This document shows, in pieces, positions 47,153-59,559 of a stretch of DNA of 64,000 nucleotides (positions within the stretch are counted from its first letter, which is position 1; the number at the start of each line of letters is the position of its first letter). Origin of the DNA: Centroscyllium fabricii (Eukaryota); contig JBNRSN020000003.1 in the NCBI GenBank assembly GCA_051313645.2, positions 439,890,001 to 439,954,000 of the forward strand, given 5' to 3'. Under the pieces are notes generated by a model, which saw only the letters and a list, made by a program, of their open reading frames with translations, had not been told where the DNA came from and made no database searches. Made by a program: the position numbers and the translations under genes.

Positions 47153-47535
47153 CTTGTCTCACAGCACTGGAGACCCGGGTTCAAATCCAGCCTCGGGTAC
47201 TATCTGTGTGGAGTTTGCACATTCTCCCCATGTCTGCGTGGGTTTTCTCCGGGTGCTCCGGTTTCCTCCCACAGTCCAAAGATGTGCAGGTTAGGTTGAT
47301 TGGCCAGGATAAATTGACCCTTAGTGTTAGGGGGATTAAATATGTGGGGTTACGGGGATAGGGTGGGGTATGTGTCGATGCAGGCTCGATAGGGATCGAG
47401 GGATATGGGGAGAGGGCAGGGGCGGGGTACTGGGTTTGGATGATCAGCCATGATCTCATTGAATGGCGGAGCAGGCTCGAAGGGCCGAATGGCCTACTCC
47501 TGCTCCTAGTCTCTATGTTTCTCTATGTTTCTATG
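47153..47535 (+). mobile_element. HE1-like V-SINE, slightly 5'-truncated
   Basis: B box, V domain and tail as in the other copies. Confidence 0.88.
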
Positions 47536-47690
47536 TATATACTGTATGTTGACTATGACTAGAAACACACCATTTGTGAATTTGTTGGTAAAAAAGATTG
47601 TGTCCCTCCCACTCCATGGTGTAGTGTCTTGTACACAAATGGTTCGGGCCATCAGCCTGCATTAAAGCAGACAATGTCAGGGTCTGGGTT

Positions 47691-47789
47691 TAAAGCTTGT
47701 GATTTAAAATAAAACGTTGGACTTTAAACCTGGTGTTGTGTGACTTTTTGCATTTGTCCACCCCAGTCCAACACCGGCACCTCCGCATT
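47691..47789 (+). mobile_element. Short Penelope-derived insertion
   Basis: 12-bp TSD AGGGTCTGGGTT; identical to part of 48201-48353. Confidence 0.8.
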
Positions 47790-48200
47790 AGGGTCTGGGT
47801 TGTCATTGTCAAAATCCCAAAACACTGATGAAATAAACCAGCATTGTACGGGAGCCCTCTGCAGTTGTACAAAAGGTAATTGAAAGATAAGTTTCCGTGA
47901 AACATTGAAGAAAATAGATTGTTGAAATACATTCAGCATTAGCCTCACACAAGTATTTCACACGTACTTGGGGTTGGATTGTTTGAGCTTTCATTTTTTT
48001 AGGTCTTTTTTCACAGTCATGATTGCAGTGAAGATATTCTCTAGGTTCTTCTTGTTTGTGAACTTTGTGAAACCTTTCACAACCACAACATCAGGCCACA
48101 CAGCAAATAACTCGCTTGCAAATTCAAAGAATCACAACATAGAGAGTGTTTGCTTTGTTGCAGACACTTAAAAAGTCAACAGTCCCTTTGTTAGGAGTTA

Positions 48201-48353
48201 TCTTTGATCTTTGAGTTCAGTTTCTCTTTGCCTGACGAAGGGGCAAAAGCTCCGAAAGCTTGTGATTTAAAATAAAACGTTGGACTTTAAACCTGGTGTT
48301 GTGTGACTTTTTGCATTTGTCCACCCCAGTCCAACACCGGCACCTCCGCATTA
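48201..48353 (+). mobile_element. Short Penelope-derived insertion with hammerhead core
   Basis: 13-bp TSD TTGTTAGGAGTTA and CTGACGA-A-GGGGC-AAAA-GCTCC-GAAAGCTTGTG. Confidence 0.8.
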
Positions 48354-48523
48354 TTGTTAGGAGTTAAAGGTGTTTACTCAGATTGGTGGAAGGTGGGAAG
48401 TGGTGCTGGGACCACTGCTGTTCACTATTTACATAAACGCTTTTGACTTAGAAATCGGAAGTACAAATTCAAAATTTGCACACCACACCAAATTGATGTA
48501 TGATTAATACTGAGGAAGACTCC

Positions 48524-48700
48524 GAGTTCCCTTTATCGAGACCCGAAACAGCCGAGAGGGATAGCAGAGGGCTGTTCTCTCAGCTATCCTTCTCGGCTGT
48601 TTCATCAGTCTCGAGAAAGGGAACTCCCCGAAACGTTGACTCTGTGTTTCTCTCTACCGATGCTGCCTGAACTGCTGAGTTTTTCCAGCATTTTCTGTTG
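48524..48700. mobile_element. Fold-back repeat of a second Penelope-type family
   Basis: Inverted arms 48524-48565 / 48582-48626, followed by CCCGAAACGTTGACT...GCTGCCTG..CTGCTGAG. Related to about 24607-24725. Confidence 0.55.
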
Positions 48701-48764
48701 TTGTTTTCAATATAGACAAGTGTGAGGTGCTGCATATTGGTTGGAGGAATAAGGAGGCTTCATA

Positions 48765-49850
48765 CGAAGTAGTGGGATGGATTGAGAACTGGCTGGCTCA
48801 GAGGAAGCAGAGGGTAGTGGTAGAGGGCCAATACTCGGGTTGGAGACCGGTCACCAGTGGGGTGCCACAGGGGTCGGTGTTGGGGCCACTACTATTTGTA
48901 ATCTTTATCAATGACTTGGAGGAGGGGACTGAGGGGTGGGTCAGCAAATTTGCAGATGACACAAAGATTGGGGGAGTAGTGGATGAGGAGGAAGGAAGTA
49001 GAAAGATTCAGAGGGATATAGATAGGATGCAGAGCTGGGCTGAAGAATGGCAAATGGAGTTCAACACGGGGAAATGCGAGGTGATGCACTTCGGTAGGGC
49101 AAATAGGAAGAGGGAATATAGGGTCAACGGCAGGATCCTGAGCGAAGCAGAGGAGCAAAGGGATCTGGGAGTATATGTACACAGATCATTGAAGGCTGCC
49201 ACCCAGGTGGACAAGGCAGTAAAAAAGGCCTATGGTGTATTGGCCTTCATCAACAGGGGAATAGAGTTTAAGAACCGGGAGGTCATGCTACAGCTGTACA
49301 GGTCACTGGTGAGACCACACTTGGAGTACTGTGTGCAGTTCTGGGCACCGTACTACAGGAGGGATGTGGAGGCGTTGGAGAGGGTACAGAGGAGATTCAC
49401 CAGGATGCTGCCGGGAATGGGGGGGAAAGTCGTACGAGGAGAGGTTGAGGGAGCTGGGACTCTTCTCCCTGGAACGGAGAAGGAAGAGGGGGGACTTAAT
49501 AGAGATGTTTAAAATGATGAAGGGGATCGATAGAGTAAACGTGCAGAGACTGTTTCCCCGGGTGGGAAGAACGACAACAAGAGGGCACGAGCACAAGATT
49601 CAAGGAGGAAGATTCAGAAGGGATGGCAGGGACAAGTTCTTTACACAGAGAGTGGTCGGGGAGTGGAATAGGCTACCATCTGAAATTGTGGATGTGGACA
49701 GTCTGGGTGCTTTTAAAAGGATGATAGATAGGTACATGGAGGGGAAGGAAGAGTAGGGGGGACAGGAAAAATCAGAGACGGACTAAGCGCGGCACTACAT
49801 TGAGGGCCCAAGGGCCTGTACAGTGCTGTATGTTCTATGTTCTATGTTCT
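48765..49850 (+). mobile_element. Young 5'-truncated CR1 inserted in an older CR1 (about 48390-50897)
   Basis: ORFs 48727-49512 and 49331-49756 are joined by one frameshift, with a (TTCTATG)n tail. Confidence 0.9.
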
Positions 49851-51190
49851 ATACTCTTTGGAAAATAAGAGTCTAAATAGGGTAGAGGAGTAAAGGGATC
49901 TAGGGGTACAGATTCACAAATCATTAAAAGTAGCAACGCAGGTTAACAATGCAATAAAAATGCAAAAATAAACATTGGAGTTCATTTCTAGAGGAATAGA
50001 ATTGAAAAGCAGAGAAGTTATGTTAAACTTATATAGAACCTTGGTTAGACCATACTTAGAGTACTGTGCACAGTTCTAGTCTCCATATTACAAAATGGAT
50101 ATCAAGGCACTGGAGAAGGTGCAAAAAAGATTGACAAGGACGATACCAGAACTGAGAGGTTACAACTGTCAGGAAAGACTGAACAGGCTGGGGCTCTTTT
50201 CTCTAGAAAAGAGAAGACTGAGGGGGTGACCTGATCGAGGTCTTTAAGATTATGAAGGGTTTCGATAGGGTAGACGTAGAGAAGATGTGTCCACTTGTGG
50301 GGGAGTCCAAAACCAGAGGCCATCAACATAAGTTAGCGACTAATAAATCCAATAAGGAATTCAGGAGAAACTTCTTTACCCAGAGAGCAGTTAGAATGTG
50401 GAATTAGCTACCACAAGGAGTAATTGAGTCGAATGTGTAGCTACAGCTAGACAAAGCCCTGGTTAGACCACACCTGGAGCACTGGGAGCAGTTCTGGGCA
50501 CCACACCTTAGGAAGGATGTATTGGCCTCGGAGGGAGTGCAGCCGAGGTTTACCAGAATGATACCTGGACTTCAAGGGTTAAATTATGAGGAAAGATTAC
50601 ACAAACTAGGGTTGTATTCCCTGGAATTTAGAAGTTTAAGGGGTATTTGATCAAAGTTTTCAAAATAATAAGGGGAACTGGTAGGGTAGATCGAGAGAAA
50701 ATATTTCCACTGGTTGTGGATTCTAGGATTAGGGGCATAATCTAAAAATTAGAGCCAGGCCTTTCAGGAATGAAGTTAGGAAACACTTCTACATGCAAGG
50801 GGTGGTGGAAGTTTGGAACTCTCTTCCGCAAACAGCAATTGATGCTCGGTCAATTGTTAATTTTAAATCTGAGATTGAAGCTTTTAATTAACCAAAGTGT
50901 GAAGCCTCAAATCAAAGTCGACAGCTTGTTCTTAACAAGTGGCTTTTATTCACAAGAAACAGAACCGTGTCCCCGATGAGCCCGCCCGGAATGAGAGATA
51001 AGTGGGCGGAGCATTCTCCTTTATACTAGTACCCAGAGGCGGGGTCAGCCGGTACAGGTCCTTACAGAGATGTACAGATATTAACAGATATATTAACCCA
51101 AACTATATACAATAATCGTACAGTGTGAACCACACTAAAAGGTTCATCACATTCACCCCTTCCTTAAAAACAAGTCCCGCGGGGCGAATA

Positions 51191-54100
51191 TCAGCACTGT
51201 GTTATCAGTCTTTGTGGGGGTTTAACAGTCCGAGTAGATCTGCGAGGCAGTGTCGGTTCTGGCGAAGAATCGGGAGCAGTCGTAATCGGAAAAGACGCTG
51301 ACGGGGCTCCCGACGTGAACAGGGACTCCACCGGTGGAAGAGGTACCTCAGACACAGGAAGATCTGGTGGAGGTGTAGCAGCCGCCGGAAGAGTAGGCTG
51401 AGCAACATGATGAGCTCCGTCGTGCATTGTGAGTGACGAGGGCCCCGATGTAGTGTGCGCAGGTGAATGAAAAGATGGCCCCTGTTGTGAAAATGTGACC
51501 TGGGAGGGCAAGGGCTCCGCCAACGACTCTAAGTGAACGTCTCCAGCGGGCGCAAGGTTTCTAATCGAGACGGTATCCTCACGCCCATCTGGGTACTCCA
51601 CGTAGGCATACTGAGGGTTGGCATGCAGCAGGCGCACACGTTCAACAAGAGGGTCCGTCTTGTGTCCACGGACATGCCTTCTAAGCAGAACCGGCCCCGG
51701 GTTGGTGAGCCACGTCGGCAGAGACGTCCCCGAAGTCGATTTCCTAGGGAAAGAAGAGTTTCTCGTGAGGCGTGCAACCGGTGGCTGTACACAAGAGGGA
51801 ACGGGTAGTGTGGAGCACATCCTGGAGGACCTCCTGCCAGTGGGAGGTTGGAAGGCCTTTGTATCGAAGGGCCAGGGTGATGGCCTTCCAGATGGTCCCA
51901 TTATAACGTTCTACCTGACCGTTCCCCCGGGGGTTGTAACTGGTCGTTCTGCTCGAGGCAACCCCTCTCACGAGCAGAAAATGACGCAATTCGTCACTCA
52001 TAAATGAGGACCCCCCGGTCGCTGTGTATGAAGCCGGGAAGGCCGAAAATGGGGAATAGCGTGATAAAATGCTTTATCACTGTTGCACTCGTCATATCTG
52101 GGCATGGAAATGCAAAAGGGAAACGGGAGAACTCGTCGACCACAGTGAGAATGTACGAGTTACGGTTGGTAGAGGGGAGGGAACCTTTGAAGTCCACACT
52201 CAGGCGCTCGAATGGTCGGGTGGCCTTGATGAGGTGCGCCCTGTCAGGCCTGTAAAACTGGGGCTTGCACTCAGCACAGACAGGGCATTCCTGCGTCATC
52301 GCCTTGATCTCCGCAATGGAATAAGGGAGATTGCGTGATTTGACGAAGTGAGCGAGCCTGGTGACCCCCGGGTGGCAGAGATTAGCGTGGAGGGTGTTCA
52401 GACTACCCGACTGGGCGCTGGCACACGTTCCTCGGGACAGGGCGTCCGGGGGATCGTTAAGCTTCCCTGGCCGGTACAGAATGTTGTACTCAAAAGCGGA
52501 GAGTTCGATCCGCCACCTGAGGATCTTGTCATTCTTGATTTTACCCCTCTGTTTATTGTGGAACATAAACGCTACTGACTGCTGGTCAGTAAGAAGGGTA
52601 AATCGTTTACCGGCCAAATAGTGGCGCCAGTGGCGCACTGCTTCCACGATTGCTTGGGCCTCCTTTTCCACTGAAGAGTGGCGGACTTCAGGGCCCTGTA
52701 GGGTACGGGAGAAGAAAGCGATGGGCCTGCCTACCTAGTTGAGGGTGGCGGCCAGGGATAAGTCTGAGGCATCGCTTTCGACCTGGAAGGGGAGAGACTC
52801 ATCAATGGCGTGCATGGTCGCCTTGATGACGTCTTGCTTGATATGCAAAAAGGCAATTTGGGCCTCTAACGGGAGCGGGAAGGAGGTAGCCCTGAGGAGA
52901 GGCCAGGCCTTATCAGCATAATGGGGCACCCATTGTGCATAGTAAGAGAAAAACCCCAGGCATCTCCTCAAAGATTTGGGGGAGTGCGGTAGGAGCAGCT
53001 CCTGAAGGGGGCGCATACGTTCGGGATCGGGGCCGAGGACCCCGTTCTCAATTACGTAGCCAAGAATAGCCAACCGGTTAGTGTTGAAAACGCACTTATC
53101 CTCATTGTAAGTGAGGTTCAGACGCTGGGCCGTACGGAGAAACCTGTCCAAATTGGAATCATGATCTTGCTGGTCATGGCCGCAGATCGTGACATTGTCC
53201 AAATACGGGAATGTGGCCTGCAAATGATACTAGTCAACCATTCGGTCCATCTCCCGTTGGAAGACCGAAACTCCGTTGGTAACCCCAAAGGGGACCCGGA
53301 GGAAGTGAAAAAGGCGCCCATTTGCCTCGAAGGCAGTGTATTTACGGTCCTCAGCTCTGATGGGGAGCTGGTGATAGGCCGACTTAAGGTCGATGGTGGA
53401 GAAGACCTTATACTGGGCAATCTGATTGACCATGTCATTTATCCTAGGAGATAAGCGTCGAGCCCAGTGTAGCGGTTTATGGTCTGACTATAGTCGATGG
53501 TCTGACTATAGTCAATGACCATGCGCTGTTTGTCGCCAGACTTAACCACTACCACCTGGGCCCGCCACGGGCTGTTACTGGCCTCGATGATGCCCTCCCG
53601 TAACAACCGAGCACCCTCTGCCTTGATAAAGGTGCGGTCCCCCGCGCTGTATCGCCGACTCTTGGTTGCAATGGGCTTGCAGTCAGGGTCAAGGTTGGCG
53701 AACAGCGAGGGGGTGTCTATCTTCAAGGTAGACAGACCGCAAGAGGAGTCTGGTTGTGAGGCAGGGCAGTCGCGGCTGCTGACCGTGAGAGGAGGCAGGG
53801 GACCGCCGTACGCCATCGTCACGCTCTGCAGATGGTACTGGAAGTCCAGGCCAAGCAACACAGGGGCGCAGAGCTGTGGGAGGACGTACAGTGGAAAGTT
53901 GCGGTATGTCGTCCCCTTCACAGTAATAGTGACTGTACAGCAGCCGATGACGTCCACAGTCTGGGACTCGGAGGCGAAGGAGATTTTATGATGTGTGGGC
54001 CTAACCCTGAGGGAATAACGGTGCACCGTATCAGGGTGTATGAAGCTCTCCATACTCCCAGTGTCGAACAGACATCGGGTGAGGTGCCCCTCTACCCGGA

Positions 54101-54311
54101 TGGGCATCATTGATAACGAGAGACTGGTTGAGGGCCGTAGAGGCAAGTGTGGTGTGCGCGCTGGGGCCCTTGTGCCATGCAGGGTCCGCGGGTGATGGCG
54201 GCGCCCGTGATTCACACGCGGCGGGCCGCGGTGGCGTTTCGGACCGTTGGGAGGACCGCTGGGTGAGTCACCGAGAAAGCCATTGGGAGGACCGAAGGGC
54301 TCGTGGCGCAC
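51191..54311 (-). pseudogene. pol: Gypsy pol (protease, RT, RNase H, integrase) with stops and frameshifts
   Basis: LFDTGS; IDLKSAYHQ; VPFGVTN; YLDN; SDAS..EKEAQA..LTDQ; HHCC; SVDFKG..HSDRG..VERYN. Confidence 0.9.
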
Positions 54312-55676
54312 AAGCGCCAGAATGCTGAATTGCCCTGGAGTTGCCTGTTGCTGCTGCCAGGATCATTGTAGTTTCTTCTAAGCTGCCTGTTGCTGCTGCA
54401 GCCTGTGTTGGTAAGTTTGCCCTACACAAAGATGGTGGCATCACGTGATGGGGCGGGGCCGCTGCCGCCGGGATGCGCGTTGTCCTATACAAAGATGGCG
54501 GCATCACGTGATGGGGCAGGGCCGCTTCTGCCGCGATGCGAGTTGTCCTATACAAAGATGGCGGCGTCACGTGATGGGGCGGGTCGCTGCTGCCGGGATG
54601 CAGGAAGATGGCGGCGTTACGTGATGGGGCGGGGCCTCTACTGCCGGGATGCGAGTTGCCCGCATCAAAGATGGCGGCGCCCTGTGCTGGGACGCTGCCG
54701 CTGCTGCTAGGAGGCCCGACGAAGAAGAAGATGCCCGCACCCCCAAAGATGGCGGAGCACGGGAAACGACGTTGGCAGGCCGCATCCGAGGCAAGGTAGG
54801 TAGCAATCGTTCTGGGGGCTGCTGTTGGGGGGCGCCAGGTACCTGAGGCCACTCTGTGGCGTGGACATCGCAGGCTGCTGCCGTTTTCCTTGCTGATTCC
54901 GGGGCCGATCGGCAGACCTTCGCAAAATGGCCCTTCTTGCCACATTTGGAGCAGGAAGACGCCTTTGCTGGACAGAAGCTTCGTGGATGGTGTTTCTGGC
55001 CACAAAAAAAGCATTTCAGAGGCGCTGGCTGTCCAGATGGCGCCATGGCCGCCACGGTCGCCGTCATCGAACACGAGTCCCAAGGCCCAGGGGAAACCAC
55101 ATGGGAGCCGTGCCCCGTGTACGAATCCAGGCTCCGGAGGGCCCCATCCACCACGTTGGAAAGCTTCACCGCCTCATTCAGGGACAAATTATCCTGCTCG
55201 AGCAGGCGGGTGCGAGCTGGGGCCGATCTGATGCCTGCCACGTAGGCATTATGGACGAGGAGGTCCATGTGCTCCTGGGCGTTAACAGGAGCGCATCCGC
55301 AGCGCAGAATGAGAGCTTGAAGAGCCTCCAGGTACTCCTCATTCGACTCACCATGCTGTTGCCTCCGCGTGGCGAGTAGATGGCGAGCATAGACGGCTTT
55401 GACTGGCTGGAGGAATTGAGCCTTCAGTAGCTCCATCGCTGCATCGTATTCCGTGGCGCTCTTGATGATGGAATACACCCTGCCACTCACGCAGGAGACC
55501 AGGACTCGTCTCTTGTGCGCGTCGCTGACTCCGGCCACAACAAGGAACGATTCAAAACAGCTCAGCCAGTGTTCGAAATCATTTGACGCGTTCGGTGCCT
55601 GGGGGTTGAGGTCGAGAGTTTTGGGTTTTAGGTCTGTCTTCCAAATCTCAGAAGTTGCTGGCTGTTGCTGGTTCAT
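54268..55676 (-). pseudogene. gag: Gypsy gag with tandem zinc knuckles
   Basis: FEHWLSCFESF; CFFCGQKHHPRSFC and CSKCGKKGHFAKVC form a double knuckle, as in the Mag clade. Frameshifted in the repeat region. Confidence 0.85.
54421..54680. repeat. ~63-bp GC-rich minisatellite (about 4 copies) between the gag knuckles and protease
   Basis: Unit CCTATACAAAGATGGCGGCATCACGTGATGGGGCGGGGCCGCTGCCGCCGGGATGCGAGTTGT. Confidence 0.9.
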
Positions 55677-55733
55677 TTTAAAAATTCTTGTGAATAAAAT
55701 TGTGAAGCCTCAAATCAAAGTCGACAGCTTGTT

Positions 55734-58164
55734 TTTTTGTTTTTTTTAATTCATTGATGGGATGTGGGCGTCGCTGGCTGGCTAGGCCTGCATTTAGTGC
55801 CCATCCCTAATTGCCCTTGAGAAGATGGTGGTGAGCCACCTTCTTGAACCGCTGCAGTCCATATGGTGTAGGTACACCCACAATGTTGTTAGGAAGGGAG
55901 TTCCAGGATTTTGGCCCAGCGACAGTGAAGGAGCGGCGATACAGGTCCAAGTCAGGATGGTGTGTGGCTTGGAGGGGAACTTGTAGGTGGTGCTGTTCCC
56001 ATGCGTCTGCTGCCCTTGTCCTTCTAAGTGGTAGAGGTCGCGGGTTTGGAAGGTGCTGTTGAAGGAGTTTTGGCGAGTTGCTGCAGTGCATCCTGTAGAT
56101 GGTACACACTGCAGCCACAGTGCGCCGGTGGTGGAGGGAGTGAATGTTGAAGGTGGTGGATGGAGTGCCAATCAAGCGGCCTGTTTTATCCTGAATGGTG
56201 TCGAGCTTCTTGAGTGTTGTTGGAGCTGCACTCATCCAGGCAAGTGGAGAGTATTCCATCACACTCCTGACTTGTGCCTTGTAAATGGTGGAAAGGCTTT
56301 GGGGAGTCAGGAGGTGAGACACTCGCCGCAGAATTCCCAGCCTCTGGCCTGCTCTTGTAGCCACAGTATTTATATGGCTGGTCCAGTTCCGTTTCCGATC
56401 AATGGTAACCCCCAGGATGTTGATAGAAACATAGAAACATAGAAGATAGGAGCAGGAGTAGGCCATTCGGCCCTTCGAGCCTGCTCCGCCATTCAATGAG
56501 ATCATGGCTGATCATCCAAACCCAGTACCCTGTCCCTACTTTGTCCCCCATATCCCTCTCGAGCCTGCACCGACACATATCCCACCCTATCCCCGTAACC
56601 CCACATATTCTAATCCCCCTAACACTAAGGGTCAATTTATCATGGCCAATCAACCTAACCCGCACATCTTTGGACTGTGGGAGGAAACCGGAGCACCCGG
56701 AGGAAACCCACGCAGACACGGGGAGAATGTGCAAACTCCACACAGATAGTACCCGAGGCTGGATTTGAACCCGGGTCTCCAGTGCTGTGAGACAACAGTG
56801 CTAAGCACTGTGCCACTGTGCCAACAGTGCTAAGCACTGTGCCACCGTGCCCCCAATAGTGGGGGATTCAGCGATGATAATGTTGTCCAGGTCTTGCTGC
56901 ATATGGACACGGACTGCGTCAGTATCTGACGAGTCTCAAATGGTGCTGAACAGTGTGCAATCATCAGCGAACATCCCCACTTCTGACCTTATGATGGAGG
57001 GAAGGTCATTGATGAAACAGCTGAAGATGGTTGGGCTGAGGACACTGCCCTGAGGAACTCCTGCAGTGATGTCCTGTGGTTGAGATGAATGACTTCCAAC
57101 AACCACAGCCAACTTTCTTTGTGCTAGGTATGATTCCAACCAATGCAGAGTTTTCCCCTTGATTCCCATTGACTTCAGCTTTGCCAGGGTTCCTTGATGC
57201 CACACTCGATCAAATGCTGCCTTGATGTCAAGGGCAGTCACTCTCACCTCACCTCTTGAGTTCAGCTCTTTTGTCCATGTTTGGACCAAGGCTGTAATGA
57301 GGTCAGGAGCCGAGTGGCCCTGGCGGAACCCAAACTGGGCGTCAGTTAGCAGGTTATTGCTGAGTAAGTGCCGCTTGATAGCACTGTCGACGACACCTTC
57401 CATCACTTTGCTGATGATTGAGAGTAGACTGATGGGATGGTAATTGGCCGGGTCAGATTTGTCCTGGTTTTTGTAGACAGGACATACTTGGGCAATTTTC
57501 CACATTGCTGGGTAGATGCCAGTGTTGTAGCTGTACTGGAACAGCTTGGCTAGGGGCGCAGCTAGTTCTGGAGCACAAGTCTTCAGTACTATTGCCGGAA
57601 TGTTGTCAGGGCCCATAGCCTTTGCAGTATCCAGTGTCTTCAGCCGTTTCTTGACATCACGTGGAGTGAATTGAATGGGCTGAAGACTGGCATCTGTGAT
57701 GCTGGGGACCTCAGGAGGAGGCCGAGATGGATCATCCACTCGGCATTTCTGGCTGAAGATAGTTGCAAATGCTTCAGCCTTGTCTTTTGCACTCATGTGC
57801 TGGGCTCCACCATTGTTGAGGATGGGGATATTTTTGGAGCCTCCTCCTCCTGTTAACTGTTTAATAGTCCACTACCACTCATGACTGGATGTGGCAGGAC
57901 GGCAGAGCTTTGATTTGATCCGATGGTTGTGAGATCGCTTAGCTCTGTCTATCGCATGTTGCTTCTGTTGTTTGGCATGCAAGTAGTCCTGTGTTGTCGC
58001 CTCGCCAGGTTGACACCTCATTTTTCGGTATGCCTGGTACTGTTCCCGGCATGCTCTCCTGCACTCTTCGTTAAACCAGGGTTGATCTCCCGGCTTGATG
58101 GTAATGGTAGAGTGAGGGATATGCCAGGCCATGAGGTCACAGATTGTGGTTGAATACAATTCTG
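55734..58164 (-). mobile_element. CR1/L2-superfamily LINE inserted in the Gypsy 5' LTR, with nested V-SINE 56423-56852
   Basis: RT ORF 56936-57796 (GPDN, QFGFR, QGSVLSP, FADD), poly(A)-like tail, and 9-bp TSD CAGCTTGTT (55725-55733 / 58165-58173). Confidence 0.92.
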
Positions 58165-58722
58165 CAGCTTGTTCTTAACAAGTGGCTTTTATTCACAAGA
58201 AACTGAACCGTGTCCCCGATGAGCCTGCCTGGAATGAGAGATAAGTGGGCGGAGCTTTCTCCTTTATACTAGCACCCAGAGGCGGGGTCAGCCGGTACAG
58301 GTCCTTCCAGAAATGTACAGATATTAACAGATATATTAACCCAAACTATGTACAATAATCGTACAGTGTGAACCACACTAAAAGGTTCATCACACAAAGG
58401 TATTAAGGGATATAGGCCAAAGGCGGGTGTACGGAATTAGGTCACAGATTAGCCATGATCTCATTGAGTGGCGGAGCAGGCTCGAAGGGGCTGAATGGTC
58501 TAATTTTTCAATGTTAACACGTTATCTGCATCAAACCCTCCAAAATCAAGTACAACTGAAGTCAAATGCAAAGTAAAATCTCTCTATTTTGCTTAAACTT
58601 TCAATCTTATGTACCAGTATAAGTTAACCATTTGCTGGCTGGCCATCCAATGTAAATGTCATTTGTCCAACTTTTATATTGATGCAATCTGGTTATCAGT
58701 TTGTAGCGGATGTAAAAACAGA

Positions 58723-59559
58723 GGCCGAAAAATTGGCGCTCTAACGCCGACCGATTAGCGCCCGAAAATGGGCGCTAGAGGTTTTAGCGCCGGGCGCTAA
58801 AAATTTTGCACCGCGCCCAAAATTCACCAGGCGATTAGCGCTGGTGCTAACTGTTAGCGTGCGCTACTTGGCGCACCTGAATCCTTGCTGATATCCTGGT
58901 GCAATGCCCGCCCCCAGGGCTGCACCCGAAATTGATGAGCGGCCGCCTAACTAACGCCCAGCGCTGCCCGCCCCAGGTTTCACAAACGCAGCGGAGGCGA
59001 TGTGGGGCCGCTGGGGCATTCTTTAAAGGGACACACTTCCTCCCTTTCATGCGGTGGCCATTTTGTGGGAGATCGGAGACAGACAGAGGGAGGTTAGGAG
59101 AGTTCAGAGAGAGACAGAGGGAGGTGAGGGGAGATCGGAGACAGACACAGGGAGGTTAGGGGAGTTACAGAGAGAGACAGTGGGAGGTTAGGAGAGATAC
59201 AGAGAGAGAGAGAGAGGGAGGTGAAGAGAGATACAGAGAGAGAGAGAAGGAGGTGAGGAGAGATACGGAGGGAGGTGAGGAGACATCATTCACTGTTTCC
59301 CCTCCCCCTTTAAGAGCTGACCGGTGCTGGCGTTGCTGGGAAGGCCAGGAGTGACAGATGGAGCGCTGCTCCCGCGCTTGCCACTTAGCGCCTGAATATT
59401 GGCCGTTGCACCCGTGCAACACTTGATTTAGCGCTGCAATCTGCAAGGCCGGCGCTAAAGCGAATATCGGGGGCTCCGGCACTAATTTGCACCCGGTGCT
59501 AATTTTAGCGCTGCGCCGAGGTTAGCGCCACAATCTGTGCGCTGACCAATTTTTCGGCC
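58723..59559. mobile_element. Harbinger-like MITE with many TTAGCGC subterminal motifs and an internal AG-rich tract
   Basis: 14-bp TIR GGCCGAAAAATTGG / CCAATTTTTCGGCC. The TSD is imperfect (AGA/ATA). Confidence 0.72.

Larger units (their letters stand above)
50898..58394 (-). mobile_element. Gypsy LTR retrotransposon (Mag-like), degenerate, with its 5' LTR split by a LINE
   Basis: 254-bp LTRs TGTGA...TCACA (50898-51151; 55701-55733 + 58174-58394, about 8 differences), TSD CAAAG, and PPT AAGGAAGGGGTGAA at about 51152-51165. Confidence 0.93.
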
